This document shows, one piece after another, positions 40,342 through 49,300 of a DNA stretch of 64,000 bases. Position numbers and translations under genes: made by a program. Position 1 is the stretch's first letter; each line of letters starts with the position of its first letter. Origin of the DNA: a virus (taxonomy: Duplodnaviria > Heunggongvirae > Uroviricota > Caudoviricetes); IMG/VR virus record IMGVR_UViG_2881684137_000004, positions 1-64,000 of that record; one strand, written 5' to 3'. Below the pieces are notes generated by a model. That model did not search any database. It was not told the origin of the DNA and saw only the letters and a program-made list of their open reading frames with translations.

Positions 40342-40569
40342 CTATTTTCCAATTAAATATGATAGCTCAGGGACAGATAGTTCATTCAACATAATATTTG
40401 TAAGTGGAACTTCTTCGACTATAGTAGTTCTACACCTTATGTCATTAAGTTTATAGTTAATGTCTTTTTGTGAGAGATAGATATCAATTGTTGACTTATC
40501 CTCTGATAACAATAATATGCTGCTTGTTTTATTTCTAGTTTCATAAAACACTCTAAATGCCTTCTTCAT
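40342..40569 (-). CDS. hypothetical protein
   Basis: ORF. Confidence 0.45.
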   Translation of the reverse strand: MKKAFRVFYETRNKTSSILLLSEDKSTIDIYLSQKDINYKLNDIRCRTTIVEEVPLTNIMLNELSVPELSYLIGK

Positions 40570-40620
40570 TTATAAATCCTCCTTTCGTTATTCACCTTCC
40601 CGTGAAATGCATGTTTTATA

Positions 40621-41004
40621 CTAAATTAATTGTTTATCCTTAAAATGTTTTGTAGTAATTTCCCACGCTTTTGCACCATCTTCTTTGCCTTTGAGGAACA
40701 ATTCATTTTCTGATCGACCTAAATCAATATCATAAGCTCCAAAGTCAAATCCATCAATAACTCCATTTATATACTCTGGTAAAAACTCATGTTCTGAGAT
40801 TAAGGTATCAATTATTAAGTGTTCATATTCAAAACTATTCAAATCTGAAAATTTTTCTTTTGAAATGATGGATTCTCCAATACACATTGCTGTCAATAAG
40901 CAACCACAATCAGTTTCTGTGTCGTAATATTCCTTTTGTATTGGCTTAATATCTGCTTCTTCATACCAAATTGCAACTTTGTTAAGATCAATTCTCTTAG
41001 CCAT
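40621..41004 (-). CDS. hypothetical protein
   Basis: ORF. Confidence 0.5.
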   Translation of the reverse strand: MAKRIDLNKVAIWYEEADIKPIQKEYYDTETDCGCLLTAMCIGESIISKEKFSDLNSFEYEHLIIDTLISEHEFLPEYINGVIDGFDFGAYDIDLGRSENELFLKGKEDGAKAWEITTKHFKDKQLI

Positions 41005-41052
41005 TTACTTTTCCTCCATTGAGTTTATTAAAAATGCAAATTCAGTTCTAAC

Positions 41053-41502
41053 TTATAGATACCTTTCAATATATTCGTATATAATGCTTTCCTTACTGAT
41101 AATCCCAGATTCTTTCGAACACCGAGAGGTTTGCCAACAAAAATCTTGCCTGACTCTTGAAATTAAAGTGAATGTCCCGAATAAACCAAACTGCACTGCC
41201 AAATCATCAATTGTACTTTTTAATAGAATGTTATCAGTTATTTCTTTTTCTGAATCAAGATCATTTGCTGATTCTGTTTCGTCAGCGCCATTTAATATAC
41301 TTACTGTTATTTCAGAAGAAAAAATGTTCTCTGGGAACAGGTATTTATTGTAGTGTTGATATTTTAAATCAGTGCTTACTATAGCACCCCAGTACCCAAA
41401 CAAGAGATACATGTATATTTCTATTCTTAGTGAATTAAAGTCTGGATCTATTTTACTCAAATACTCTTTCAGAATTCTCGCAGATGTTAGCTGACTTTTC
41501 AT
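41053..41502 (-). CDS. hypothetical protein
   Basis: ORF. Confidence 0.5.
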   Translation of the reverse strand: MKSQLTSARILKEYLSKIDPDFNSLRIEIYMYLLFGYWGAIVSTDLKYQHYNKYLFPENIFSSEITVSILNGADETESANDLDSEKEITDNILLKSTIDDLAVQFGLFGTFTLISRVRQDFCWQTSRCSKESGIISKESIIYEYIERYL

Positions 41503-41554
41503 TTTTCACCCCATATTCTCTTCATTTCAGGTTATTATCCACTATCTGAATTCA

Positions 41555-41818
41555 TCAAAGAATTTGAGATAGTTCTTCAAGAGATATGATCTTATCTTCA
41601 TAATCCATCTCTTCACCTCTATCATCTTCATACTTTCCGCAACAAATATGCGCCTGATCCTCATGAATAAATTCAACATAAGTATGATCATAATTTTGAT
41701 AATCATAAAACTCTATTTCACTCAGAGAGTTTTCAAGATTTTCGATTTCACTTTCAATTCTTTTTCTTTCTTGTCTTAGAAAAATCAGTTCGGCAGCTTT
41801 ATTCATTATAATACACAC
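41555..41818 (-). CDS. hypothetical acidic protein
   Basis: ORF. Confidence 0.45.
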   Translation of the reverse strand: MCIIMNKAAELIFLRQERKRIESEIENLENSLSEIEFYDYQNYDHTYVEFIHEDQAHICCGKYEDDRGEEMDYEDKIISLEELSQIL

Positions 41819-41921
41819 ACACTTTCTTCAATTGTTTTTAATGCTTGGTTGCACAAACCAACTATATCCTGCTGCTCCTTAACTTGTTCACTCCTTTTTG
41901 TTAATCATGATTTTGAATTCC

Positions 41922-42587
41922 CTAGGAAATCGCATGATTCGACATGCTGGAACTTTTTAATAGAGATTGAAAGCCTCTCAGAATCATTTGGGGAATAATC
42001 CGACTCTCTGAGAATCCATAAAATCCACATGAAAACAAGCAGTGTATTTCAATAAGGAACGTTCCTTCGATATCGTTTAAGCCAACATCAATCGTATAAG
42101 CAGCTGGAGAGTAGGTATAATTTCGAATCATTTTATTTATAAGGTTGATATCAGGCATTTTAGTGAAGTCTCCAGAATAATTCTGAATTCCCACCAATTT
42201 TCCATTGTGTACAAAACCTCTCCATTCAGATTCAATATTCATAATCCTGGATACTATGTATTCTCCTTCAGGAATATGTTCTCTTTTTGACCCATGGATA
42301 ATTCCAGTGTAACCCTTTACCTTATTATTACTTTTTACGAACACATCTTCTTTCGGGAAATATTCACTATGCTTTTCTAATAATATAGGCATCCTTTTTA
42401 GATATTCAAAACTCCATAATTCTGCTGGAATGTTAATTGGTTTTATTTCGCTATGAATGTCATGATAATTAGACAAATATTTTCTAATAAACTCTATTGT
42501 CCCTGAAGGCGTATAGTTTGAATAATCATGCTCAAACATATCGTGCTTAACTTGGCCATTGATTGTTTGAATAAGAAAGTCTGCCAT
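41922..42587 (-). CDS. ATP-grasp-like domain protein
   Basis: SEWRGFVHNGKLVG (E-[YW]-R-x-F-V motif) and C-terminal IDVGLNDIEGTFLIEIH (D...E-x-[NH] metal-binding loop). Confidence 0.55.
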   Translation of the reverse strand: MADFLIQTINGQVKHDMFEHDYSNYTPSGTIEFIRKYLSNYHDIHSEIKPINIPAELWSFEYLKRMPILLEKHSEYFPKEDVFVKSNNKVKGYTGIIHGSKREHIPEGEYIVSRIMNIESEWRGFVHNGKLVGIQNYSGDFTKMPDINLINKMIRNYTYSPAAYTIDVGLNDIEGTFLIEIHCLFSCGFYGFSESRIIPQMILRGFQSLLKSSSMSNHAIS

Positions 42588-42599
42588 TCCTACCTCCTT

Positions 42600-42902
42600 T
42601 TATGTATTCGCCCCACATCTGCGACAAACTCTAAATTCTGAACAGCATGATTTGCAGTATAAAGGAACATTGCTATTTGGATGTGCATTCAGCCTATTGC
42701 AGTTACCACAGTTATATTGTGTGAACACTTGAAAAGCAATTGAACCACCTTTTAAATAAAAGCAGGTTTTACATTCTGGAAGTGAAAGTCTTCTGTTCTC
42801 ATATTTATCTTTTTCATACTTTTCAATATTATTTATTAAATCCTCATAAGCCTGATCATTGTGACTATTCATCCTTGAAATTGAAAGTTCTGTTATTTTC
42901 AT
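42600..42902 (-). CDS. hypothetical zinc-ribbon protein
   Basis: CKTC...CGNC...CKSC...CRRC motifs. Confidence 0.5.
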   Translation of the reverse strand: MKITELSISRMNSHNDQAYEDLINNIEKYEKDKYENRRLSLPECKTCFYLKGGSIAFQVFTQYNCGNCNRLNAHPNSNVPLYCKSCCSEFRVCRRCGANT

Positions 42903-42905
42903 ATT

Positions 42906-43088
42906 TCACCTCTTTATGAAGTTTATAAATGCCAAAATTATTAATGATACCGTAGCTAGCCAAAATGAAGCTTTTAAGCTATAATCCCTCTCTTGTTGTT
43001 TTGAATCAATTATTTCCCATAATAAAGACATTAGATAGATAGTACATACTGAGATTGTAAATTCCATATACATACGAGAATCAAACAT
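42906..43088 (-). CDS. small membrane protein
   Basis: RBS AGAGGAGAG supplied by the conserved duplicated intergenic element. Confidence 0.45.
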   Translation of the reverse strand: MFDSRMYMEFTISVCTIYLMSLLWEIIDSKQQERDYSLKASFWLATVSLIILAFINFIKR

Positions 43089-43090
43089 TT

Positions 43091-43260
43091 AGCCTATCTC
43101 TCCTCTTAAAGAAGGATATTTATACAATAACATCTTATCATTGTAATTCCTTTAAACAGTTTCAGGTGTTCGACCAGTTCTTGATTCTGATTAAGATATT
43201 TGATCCATAGCAGATGACACTATTGATGAATTAATCATACCTTTCAACTTAATTTCATTT
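43091..43260. repeat. decayed duplicate of 44143-44400 (3' end of gene 44178..44792 plus the downstream intergenic element)
   Basis: The segment translates as KYLNQNQELVEHLKLFKGIT versus KYLDQHPELVDYLKLFDDYN in the intact copy. The intergenic motif AGC(C)TATCT.CC.CTCT..AAA.AAGGATATTTAT...TTCCTTTAAA is conserved, with a ~120-nt deletion. Confidence 0.6.
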
Positions 43261-43846
43261 ACAACACTCCTTCATTTTTAGGTTGAAGTAAGTTAGTTTT
43301 GTTTCTGTCTTTTTTGCGTTCCAGATTCAGCTTATCAAAGAAGTAATCACAATAAGGATTGTATGTTTTGTTGTCAGTTCTTAAGTCTTTACTCAAATAA
43401 GAACTCTGATCTGCAGGATGCTTAAAATATTCTACACTCAGATAAAACCTATCACCGTAAATATTTCCACCTAAAATTCTCACACATAGCTTGGCAAATT
43501 TGCTGTCAGTCTGGGGTATCCATACATAATTGAAAGATCGATACGATCCGTCACTATCAACCTTCTTCTCACCTGCTGCATAAATAATATTATCTTCTAC
43601 ACGTAAAGCAACATCACTATTGTCTCTACGATAGCCTAAGTATTCAAATACGGTTGGCAGGCTAATTTCTACACCTTTTACTTTTGTAGTTCTAAGCTCT
43701 GTATTTACTCTGTTCTTTTCTAATTGTATTTTATCATAGAGCTTATTCATTTCACTTCTAACACCCAACTTGGCAGCTCGTGATTTTACATTTTCAAAAT
43801 CAATCTTTGCTAATTCATACTCCCGTTCCATCTCAGTTAATTTCAT
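43259..43846 (-). CDS. hypothetical protein
   Basis: 195-aa ORF. Confidence 0.55.
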   Translation of the reverse strand: MKLTEMEREYELAKIDFENVKSRAAKLGVRSEMNKLYDKIQLEKNRVNTELRTTKVKGVEISLPTVFEYLGYRRDNSDVALRVEDNIIYAAGEKKVDSDGSYRSFNYVWIPQTDSKFAKLCVRILGGNIYGDRFYLSVEYFKHPADQSSYLSKDLRTDNKTYNPYCDYFFDKLNLERKKDRNKTNLLQPKNEGVL

Positions 43847-43882
43847 CTACACAATCCTTTCTCAATATCCATCAGCATTAAC

Positions 43883-44110
43883 TTAAAACTCTGCATCATC
43901 ATTTGGGGGATGATCGAGAATCATTAAGCCATAATACCCTACAACTCTCCACTCGGAATGAGCCTCGATTAGAAATATACTTTCAACATTGTTTACACCA
44001 GCATCCAATGTGTATTCTGGGAACGCATTACTGTAGGCCTTAATCATCTGCTCTATAAGTGACAAGTCAGGCATTTTACTGAAACCTCCAGAATTTTTTT
44101 GAATTTCCAC
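43883..44110 (-). pseudogene. truncated paralog (C-terminal fragment) of the ATP-grasp-like gene 41922..42587
   Basis: QKNSGGFSKMPDLSLIEQMIKAYSNAFPEYTLDAGVNNVESIFLIEAH aligns with QNYSGDFTKMPDINLINKMIRNYTYSPAAYTIDVGLNDIEGTFLIEIH. GTG start immediately after an in-frame stop. Confidence 0.45.
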
Positions 44111-44177
44111 TCAGTTATATTCTGTTAAACCATGGCAAGCAGCTATCTACCCCTCTCTTTAAAAAAGGATATTTATC

Positions 44178-44792
44178 TCAATACAATTCCTTTAAAAGTT
44201 CTTCGCATTCATCAATTAAACTTTTTCTACCATCCTGTATATATTTCCTTATTGAGTCAGCCTGACATGATACACTCTTTCCTTTGAAGACATCGTTGTA
44301 GTCGTCAAATAGTTTTAGGTAATCTACCAATTCAGGATGCTGATCAAGATATTTAATCCATAGTAAATGATACCACTGATGAATTAGTTCTTTTTTGTAT
44401 GGTTTGTTGTTAATAATCGCATAGTCAAAATCTATTCCTTTAATCGAATTTACGTATTTCATCTTTTTGGACCAATTTGATTTTATAGAAATATTTTCAA
44501 GATTGTCATTAACATTAAATCCTTTTGATAACTGATAATGAAACTCTATATAATCCTCTTTACCAAAAGCTTCGACATTGGCTCCAAACGCTGAGAATCG
44601 TTGATCACCACAGGTTGAACACTCTAATACAATTTTATAAGTATGATCTTTTGGTAACTCTTCTATGTATTTAATCATAGCTTCTTTTCTTGTGAAACAT
44701 TTTCTATTTACATATTTATCTTCTTTGTAAGAATACACGTTGATTCCTTTTTTGTCAAACTCTATTTTATTTATTCTATCGATTCTGATCAC
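44178..44792 (-). CDS. hypothetical protein
   Basis: 204-aa ORF. Its 3' end is the template for the decayed copy at 43141-43260. Confidence 0.55.
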   Translation of the reverse strand: MIRIDRINKIEFDKKGINVYSYKEDKYVNRKCFTRKEAMIKYIEELPKDHTYKIVLECSTCGDQRFSAFGANVEAFGKEDYIEFHYQLSKGFNVNDNLENISIKSNWSKKMKYVNSIKGIDFDYAIINNKPYKKELIHQWYHLLWIKYLDQHPELVDYLKLFDDYNDVFKGKSVSCQADSIRKYIQDGRKSLIDECEELLKELY

Positions 44793-44845
44793 TTCCTTTT
44801 CTTCTTATATAGTGTATAATTGGATAATATTACTTTTGGGAGGAA

Positions 44846-45367
44846 TTGAAATACTTAATGAAAGATAAAGTTAAGGGCTTAGTAGTGGGTCTATCAATTG
44901 GCTTAATGTTTAGTGGTGCAGTTGCCTTAGCAGCTGACTATAGAACCACAATTCAACCAATGTTTAAAGAATTAAATTTTTACTTTAATGGTGATCTTAA
45001 AGTTATTGATGAAGCAATTGCACACAATGGAACCACCTACGTGCCGGTCAGAACTATTGCAAAAGCAGTAGGCACTACAGTAAAACCGGATTTTGATCGA
45101 CAAAGTATCTACTTAGGAAAAGAACCTAAAAACAAAGGGCTGACACTAGAACAAGCTATGAGTAAAGTTTGGAACAAATATAAGAACGAGCTTCCTCCTA
45201 GCTATAAGTATATGATGCTAGATAGCTTAACTGAAACAGGTGAATACAGAATAAAGATTTATGCAGTTGTAATTGATGACTATAAGACAGGATTGTCACA
45301 TACCACCACATATAATTTTTATGATGTAAATAAACACACAGGGAAAATAACTCCTGAATTCGATTAA
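44846..45367 (+). CDS. secreted protein with N-terminal signal peptide (plus-strand moron)
   Basis: MKDKVKGLVVGLSIGLMFSGAVALAADY signal sequence. GTTYVPVRTIAKAVG resembles copper-amine-oxidase N-terminal-like cell-wall domains. RBS GGGAGG. Confidence 0.6.
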   Translation: MKYLMKDKVKGLVVGLSIGLMFSGAVALAADYRTTIQPMFKELNFYFNGDLKVIDEAIAHNGTTYVPVRTIAKAVGTTVKPDFDRQSIYLGKEPKNKGLTLEQAMSKVWNKYKNELPPSYKYMMLDSLTETGEYRIKIYAVVIDDYKTGLSHTTTYNFYDVNKHTGKITPEFD

Positions 45368-45377
45368 TCAAGTCTCT

Positions 45378-45411
45378 GGACGATCAAACTTCATCGCGGT
45401 TTTGATCGTCC
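45378..45411. terminator. stable hairpin between convergent genes (no clear U-tract)
   Basis: GGACGATCAAA-loop-TTTGATCGTCC. Confidence 0.4.
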
Positions 45412-45433
45412 ATTGTCCCACATAAATGGCTAA

Positions 45434-45769
45434 TTAGATTAATCTTGCTCCTGTTACCTCAGTAAAATCTACCCACTCATACCCCTCACTAAAGTTAATT
45501 CTAAATTTCTTACTGTGACTTGAAATTTGAGAAACTGTTCCACTTATCATCCTGTCTCCATAAAGTGTAAACAAATTAACTTCAATCCCAAACCCCTCAA
45601 GATAGGAATCGCTTATACTTCGAAGAATAATCTCCCATTCATCTTCATGTATAATTGGTTTGCTACGCTTCTTATGGTTTTCCTGGCTTTCATTTATACG
45701 CTCTTTGTGCTCAGGCAACATCATCCGCGATGATTCCCAAAGGCCATTACCAGTGAGTTTCTTGCTCAT
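45434..45769 (-). CDS. yolD: YolD-like protein (partner of the Y-family polymerase)
   Basis: MLPEHKE motif and size (111 aa). Immediately downstream of the Y-family polymerase gene and overlapping it, as in B. subtilis uvrX-yolD / yqjW-yqzH. Confidence 0.7.
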   Translation of the reverse strand: MSKKLTGNGLWESSRMMLPEHKERINESQENHKKRSKPIIHEDEWEIILRSISDSYLEGFGIEVNLFTLYGDRMISGTVSQISSHSKKFRINFSEGYEWVDFTEVTGARLI

Positions 45770-47013
45770 TTATAATGACCTCCGATCTTAGCGTTCCTGT
45801 CTAGAGCCTGACCTGCTGCTGTCAAGGAACTGGCGCGTAAAATTGACACTTCCCCGAACCTGTCTTTGATTCCATCCATTGCTTTATCTACTTGCATTTT
45901 CTTTTCTGTGTTAGAAAACAATGATAGTTGATAAACCTCAGTACTAGACAAATTAGAAAGGGAAACACCGATTCTTCTAACTGGCTTTGTGTCCCAGTGT
46001 TGATAAAACAGTTTCTTAACAGCTGCGTAGACATCAACTGTCACGTTTGTGGGATCGATAAACTTTACCTGTCTGCTAAACCCTGTTGGATTATCCCAGT
46101 CTGCTCCTGAGCATCCTAGCGACACTACAGAGGCCATTAAACCTTTTTGACGAGTTCTTCTGCATACTTGTGTCACTAAATCTAAAATCACTGTCTCTAT
46201 CTCCCACGCTTCTTTGTAATCCCTAGGAAGAGTCATTCCATTGCCAATCACCTTTTGATTACTGTGAGTGCCTGGTGTTACTGGGGAGTCATCGTATCCA
46301 TTAGCTACTCGCCAAATAACCTGCCCATTTACTCCCCATTTGCTTAATCTTTTTATAGGTGTTTTTGCTAAATCACCAATAGTGCGTATTCCCATTCGAA
46401 GCAAATGCTTTTCCATCCTAGAACCAATTCCCCACATGTCACGGATAGGATTACTCCAAATGTGTTTATCCAGCTCATCTTTGTGTAATTGAAATATCCC
46501 ATTCTTATTTTTTTTGGCAATCATGTCACAGCACAATTTTGCAATCACTTTATTTTCACCGATTCCACATCTGGCAAAAACTCCAGTTTCAATCATTATT
46601 TTATTTTGAATTTGTCGTGCAACATCCTCAATAGAATTGCCAAATAAATGCATGGAACCCGTACAGTCAATAAAAAGCTCATCAATACTATACGGCTCAA
46701 CCAAATCGCTGAATGACTCAAGAATATCATTAATATGCATCGACACATCGATATACAATTGCATCCTTGGCCGCACAATCACTAAATCAGGACATTTCTT
46801 TGTTGCCTGCCATAATGCTTCAGCAGTAGTAACTCCAAAACTTTTGGCAAGTGGGCATGCGGCCAATATAATACCTGATCTTCTTTCAGGATCTCCAGCA
46901 ACCACAAGAGGCTTATGCTGAAATTCCGGATGTCGAACTTTTTCCACCGATGCATAGAAACTTTGCATGTCAATTAACATTATCGAACGTTTAGTTCTGT
47001 GTGTCATTAACAT
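45766..47013 (-). CDS. uvrX: Y-family (UmuC/DinB-like) translesion DNA polymerase (cf. SPbeta UvrX, YqjW)
   Basis: LIDMQSFYASVE...DELFIDCTG..., IMPB/MUCB/SAMB family motifs. 415 aa. Confidence 0.9.
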   Translation of the reverse strand: MLMTHRTKRSIMLIDMQSFYASVEKVRHPEFQHKPLVVAGDPERRSGIILAACPLAKSFGVTTAEALWQATKKCPDLVIVRPRMQLYIDVSMHINDILESFSDLVEPYSIDELFIDCTGSMHLFGNSIEDVARQIQNKIMIETGVFARCGIGENKVIAKLCCDMIAKKNKNGIFQLHKDELDKHIWSNPIRDMWGIGSRMEKHLLRMGIRTIGDLAKTPIKRLSKWGVNGQVIWRVANGYDDSPVTPGTHSNQKVIGNGMTLPRDYKEAWEIETVILDLVTQVCRRTRQKGLMASVVSLGCSGADWDNPTGFSRQVKFIDPTNVTVDVYAAVKKLFYQHWDTKPVRRIGVSLSNLSSTEVYQLSLFSNTEKKMQVDKAMDGIKDRFGEVSILRASSLTAAGQALDRNAKIGGHYK

Positions 47014-47024
47014 TCCTCCACCTT

Positions 47025-47038
47025 AGAACATTTGTTTG
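47025..47038. promoter_or_regulatory. LexA (DinR) Cheo box 1
   Basis: AGAACATTTGTTTG versus consensus CGAACATATGTTCG (12/14), 12 nt upstream of the polymerase start codon. Confidence 0.55.
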
Positions 47039-47046
47039 GTAATGTT

Positions 47047-47080
47047 ATTATACTACAAACATACGTTCCTTATGCAAGAG
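47047..47080 (-). promoter_or_regulatory. sigma-A promoter of the uvrX-yolD operon (TTGCAT ... TATAAT)
   Basis: Minus strand TTGCAT, ~18-19 nt spacer, TATAAT, then RBS GGTGGAGG and ATG. Confidence 0.5.
47056..47069. promoter_or_regulatory. LexA (DinR) Cheo box 2
   Basis: CAAACATACGTTCC versus CGAACATACGTTCG (12/14), lying in the promoter spacer. Confidence 0.55.
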
Positions 47081-47210
47081 AAATTTTATGGAAATATATA
47101 CAATTAATAATTTGTCTCCCATAAAGCATTTACAAATTTTGATTAACCTCTAACTAATTATATGTGTTATAATATGTACACAACACTAATAGAAAATACG
47201 GTGATCTATT

Positions 47211-47462
47211 ATGGTAAAAATTATTTTCACTAAACATGCGAAGTTGAGATGTAAACAGCAAAATATTAATATGGAAATCTTAACAAATGAACTTACAAAA
47301 ATTCCACCAGGGCATGGAAAAATCACTTGGAAAACTAATAACATGACACGGGTTGGCCTTGATTTTAAGCAAAGTAACATTGCACTCGTCACAACTGTAA
47401 TCACTAAGCAAAAATATATGTCTACTATTAAAAATAAAACTGCCAAATATAATAAAGCTTAA
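47211..47462 (+). CDS. hypothetical protein (plus-strand moron)
   Basis: ORF MVKIIFTKHAKLRCKQ.... The antisense minus ORF is low-complexity. Confidence 0.4.
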   Translation: MVKIIFTKHAKLRCKQQNINMEILTNELTKIPPGHGKITWKTNNMTRVGLDFKQSNIALVTTVITKQKYMSTIKNKTAKYNKA

Positions 47463-47507
47463 GGCATATTGATTTAGTTTTTTACTCCCTTCTATGAAAT
47501 CATGTTT

Positions 47508-47768
47508 TCATACTCTGTTAGATTTTACTTCATCTATCCTATCTAGCAGTTTATTACCCAACCTACGTACTGTGACTGAATTATGATAAACCTTATCAAA
47601 CATCCTGTAAAATTCCCTATCGGCAATTACATCATATTTTGCATTATTTTCATCATAGCAAATTGCATATAATGATAACTGTCTCTTTAAGTATTCTTCC
47701 GCGTCACTTCTTGATTTGTGCCATTGTAGATCAAAGTGTTCATCTTCTCCAATTAGATATGTATACAT
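47508..47768 (-). CDS. hypothetical protein
   Basis: ORF. Confidence 0.5.
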   Translation of the reverse strand: MYTYLIGEDEHFDLQWHKSRSDAEEYLKRQLSLYAICYDENNAKYDVIADREFYRMFDKVYHNSVTVRRLGNKLLDRIDEVKSNRV

Positions 47769-47817
47769 TTGTCTCCTCTTTAAATCATGTTATTATTGTA
47801 TTAGTTATATAAAAAAT

Positions 47818-48040
47818 CGACATCTTCTCTTGACTCTAAGTGCCCCCAAACAGTTTGAGCAAAGACTAATCTGTCTCCAATGTAATCCCAAACTTCAATT
47901 TCACAAAACTCCTCTCCGTCAATATTTTCTGCATTATTTGCGTGAACAATAACGCATTTGTCTCCATTTAAAGCTGATCTAGTTCCAGCTTCAATAAGCG
48001 ACTTGGTATTTCCTCGTTTAAAAATTCATAATTAATATTG
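47818..48040 (-). pseudogene. frameshifted ORF: ATG-AAT-TTT-TAA then +1 frame continues ~70 codons (KRGNTKSLIEAGTRSALNGDKCVIVHANNAENIDGEEFCEIEVWDY...)
   Basis: RBS AAGGAG is present, but the only in-frame start of the long frame is absent. Removing one T from the T5 run restores a single ORF. Confidence 0.35.
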
Positions 48041-48074
48041 CATATACTCCTTTATCAAACAGATTTTTTATTTT

Positions 48075-48287
48075 TCATGCTTTTCTTTTCCAGACAACTC
48101 CTTCATCTTCATAGGCAAAACCTCTACTGGGAATAACATCATTGTCATTCTGGTCAATCCCAATACTGAAATTATATTGTGCTGCAAAGTCAATTACTTT
48201 AGATACTGCCCTGCCCCATATCTGATGAACAGTTAATAGGTTATCAGATGAAATCTCAATAATTTGATCACCTTTAACTACAGTCAT
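48075..48287 (-). CDS. hypothetical protein (70 aa from internal ATG)
   Basis: RBS AGGAGGTAGTGAA before ATG (MTVVKGDQ...). Confidence 0.45.
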   Translation of the reverse strand: MTVVKGDQIIEISSDNLLTVHQIWGRAVSKVIDFAAQYNFSIGIDQNDNDVIPSRGFAYEDEGVVWKRKA

Positions 48288-48303
48288 TTCACTACCTCCT
48301 TGC

Positions 48304-49068
48304 CTAGTATGCAAGAATCTTATGCATATTAATATCAATCAACATCTTATTGACTTTTTCATAATCTGGTGTTTTAGGCAGATCAGATTTTTCATATGCT
48401 GTTTTTAAATGGTTATCATATTCTTCAATCATCTTCAGAGCTTCATCAAAAGTAAACTTTCCATCTCTACAATTCAACAGTAATTCTCTGTTTCCTCTAT
48501 ATGTGCAAAAGGTACCTGTCTCAAGTATTTCAATCGCACTTGTGAGCAGTCTAACAGCATGAGAAAAGAATTTAGTGTCGTAGCCATGCTTTTCTATCAA
48601 ATCTTGTCTTCCAGTACCATTAGAATTTTTCACTTTAATCTTTTGAATTTGAGAATGTGCATAGCCTCCAAATTTGTGTTTAATTGCTTTAGACAAAAAC
48701 AAATGACGATTATTAATTAGTTGATGCCCAATAAAAGTTAATTTCATATAGTCTTGTGGTCTTAAGAATAGAATCTCAATGTTATTTGGAACCCCTGACA
48801 TTGCATCCTTTACAAATTTATTAATATGTATGATATTAACATCTGTGTCGTCCTTAGTGTTTCTAAAATTTTTACCGCCGCTGCTATTGTACTCATTAAA
48901 CGAGTTTAATCCTAGATAGTATTCAACTGGTGGAATGCAAACACCTTTATAATCTCGATCTGAGTCTTTGGTGTTTGTCCCGTATGCATAACTCCCAGTA
49001 GGCGCAAGAATAATTGTACGCTCTTCTAGCCAACCTGGAGCATCTGAATTAAGGCATAATTTATTCAT
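48304..49068 (-). CDS. nucleotidyltransferase, Pol-beta superfamily (minimal NTase fold)
   Basis: LAPTGSYAYGTNTKDSDRDYKGVC fits the hG[GS]x9-13[DE]h[DE]h NTase signature. A downstream D could complete the triad. Confidence 0.6.
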   Translation of the reverse strand: MNKLCLNSDAPGWLEERTIILAPTGSYAYGTNTKDSDRDYKGVCIPPVEYYLGLNSFNEYNSSGGKNFRNTKDDTDVNIIHINKFVKDAMSGVPNNIEILFLRPQDYMKLTFIGHQLINNRHLFLSKAIKHKFGGYAHSQIQKIKVKNSNGTGRQDLIEKHGYDTKFFSHAVRLLTSAIEILETGTFCTYRGNRELLLNCRDGKFTFDEALKMIEEYDNHLKTAYEKSDLPKTPDYEKVNKMLIDINMHKILAY

Positions 49069-49300
49069 TAATTTTTACCTCCTCTTAAACTTTATTATTT
49101 CTTCACTTTATATAAATCAAGAAAATTAGCTATGTCCCAAGAAACAATTTCAACAGACCCATCTGATTTTACATGTTTGATATCAAATCCTGTTATTTTG
49201 TACGTTTCCTGGTTAACATGAACGTTTACAATTTCAACTTCTTCTTTGTACGCCCAATGATAATACTTTCTACCAATTAATCAGATATACATAATTCATT

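Noticed and set aside
41922-44792. CRISPR array or other periodic repeats anywhere in the window
   Set aside because: The only repeats are two-copy dispersed duplications (43091-43260 vs 44143-44400; 62104-62140 vs 62580-62615) and isolated inverted repeats. There is no repeat-spacer periodicity.
47186-47446. Minus-strand ORF 47186..47446
   Set aside because: Extremely hydrophobic low-complexity translation. It is antisense to a more protein-like plus-strand ORF with a plausible RBS.
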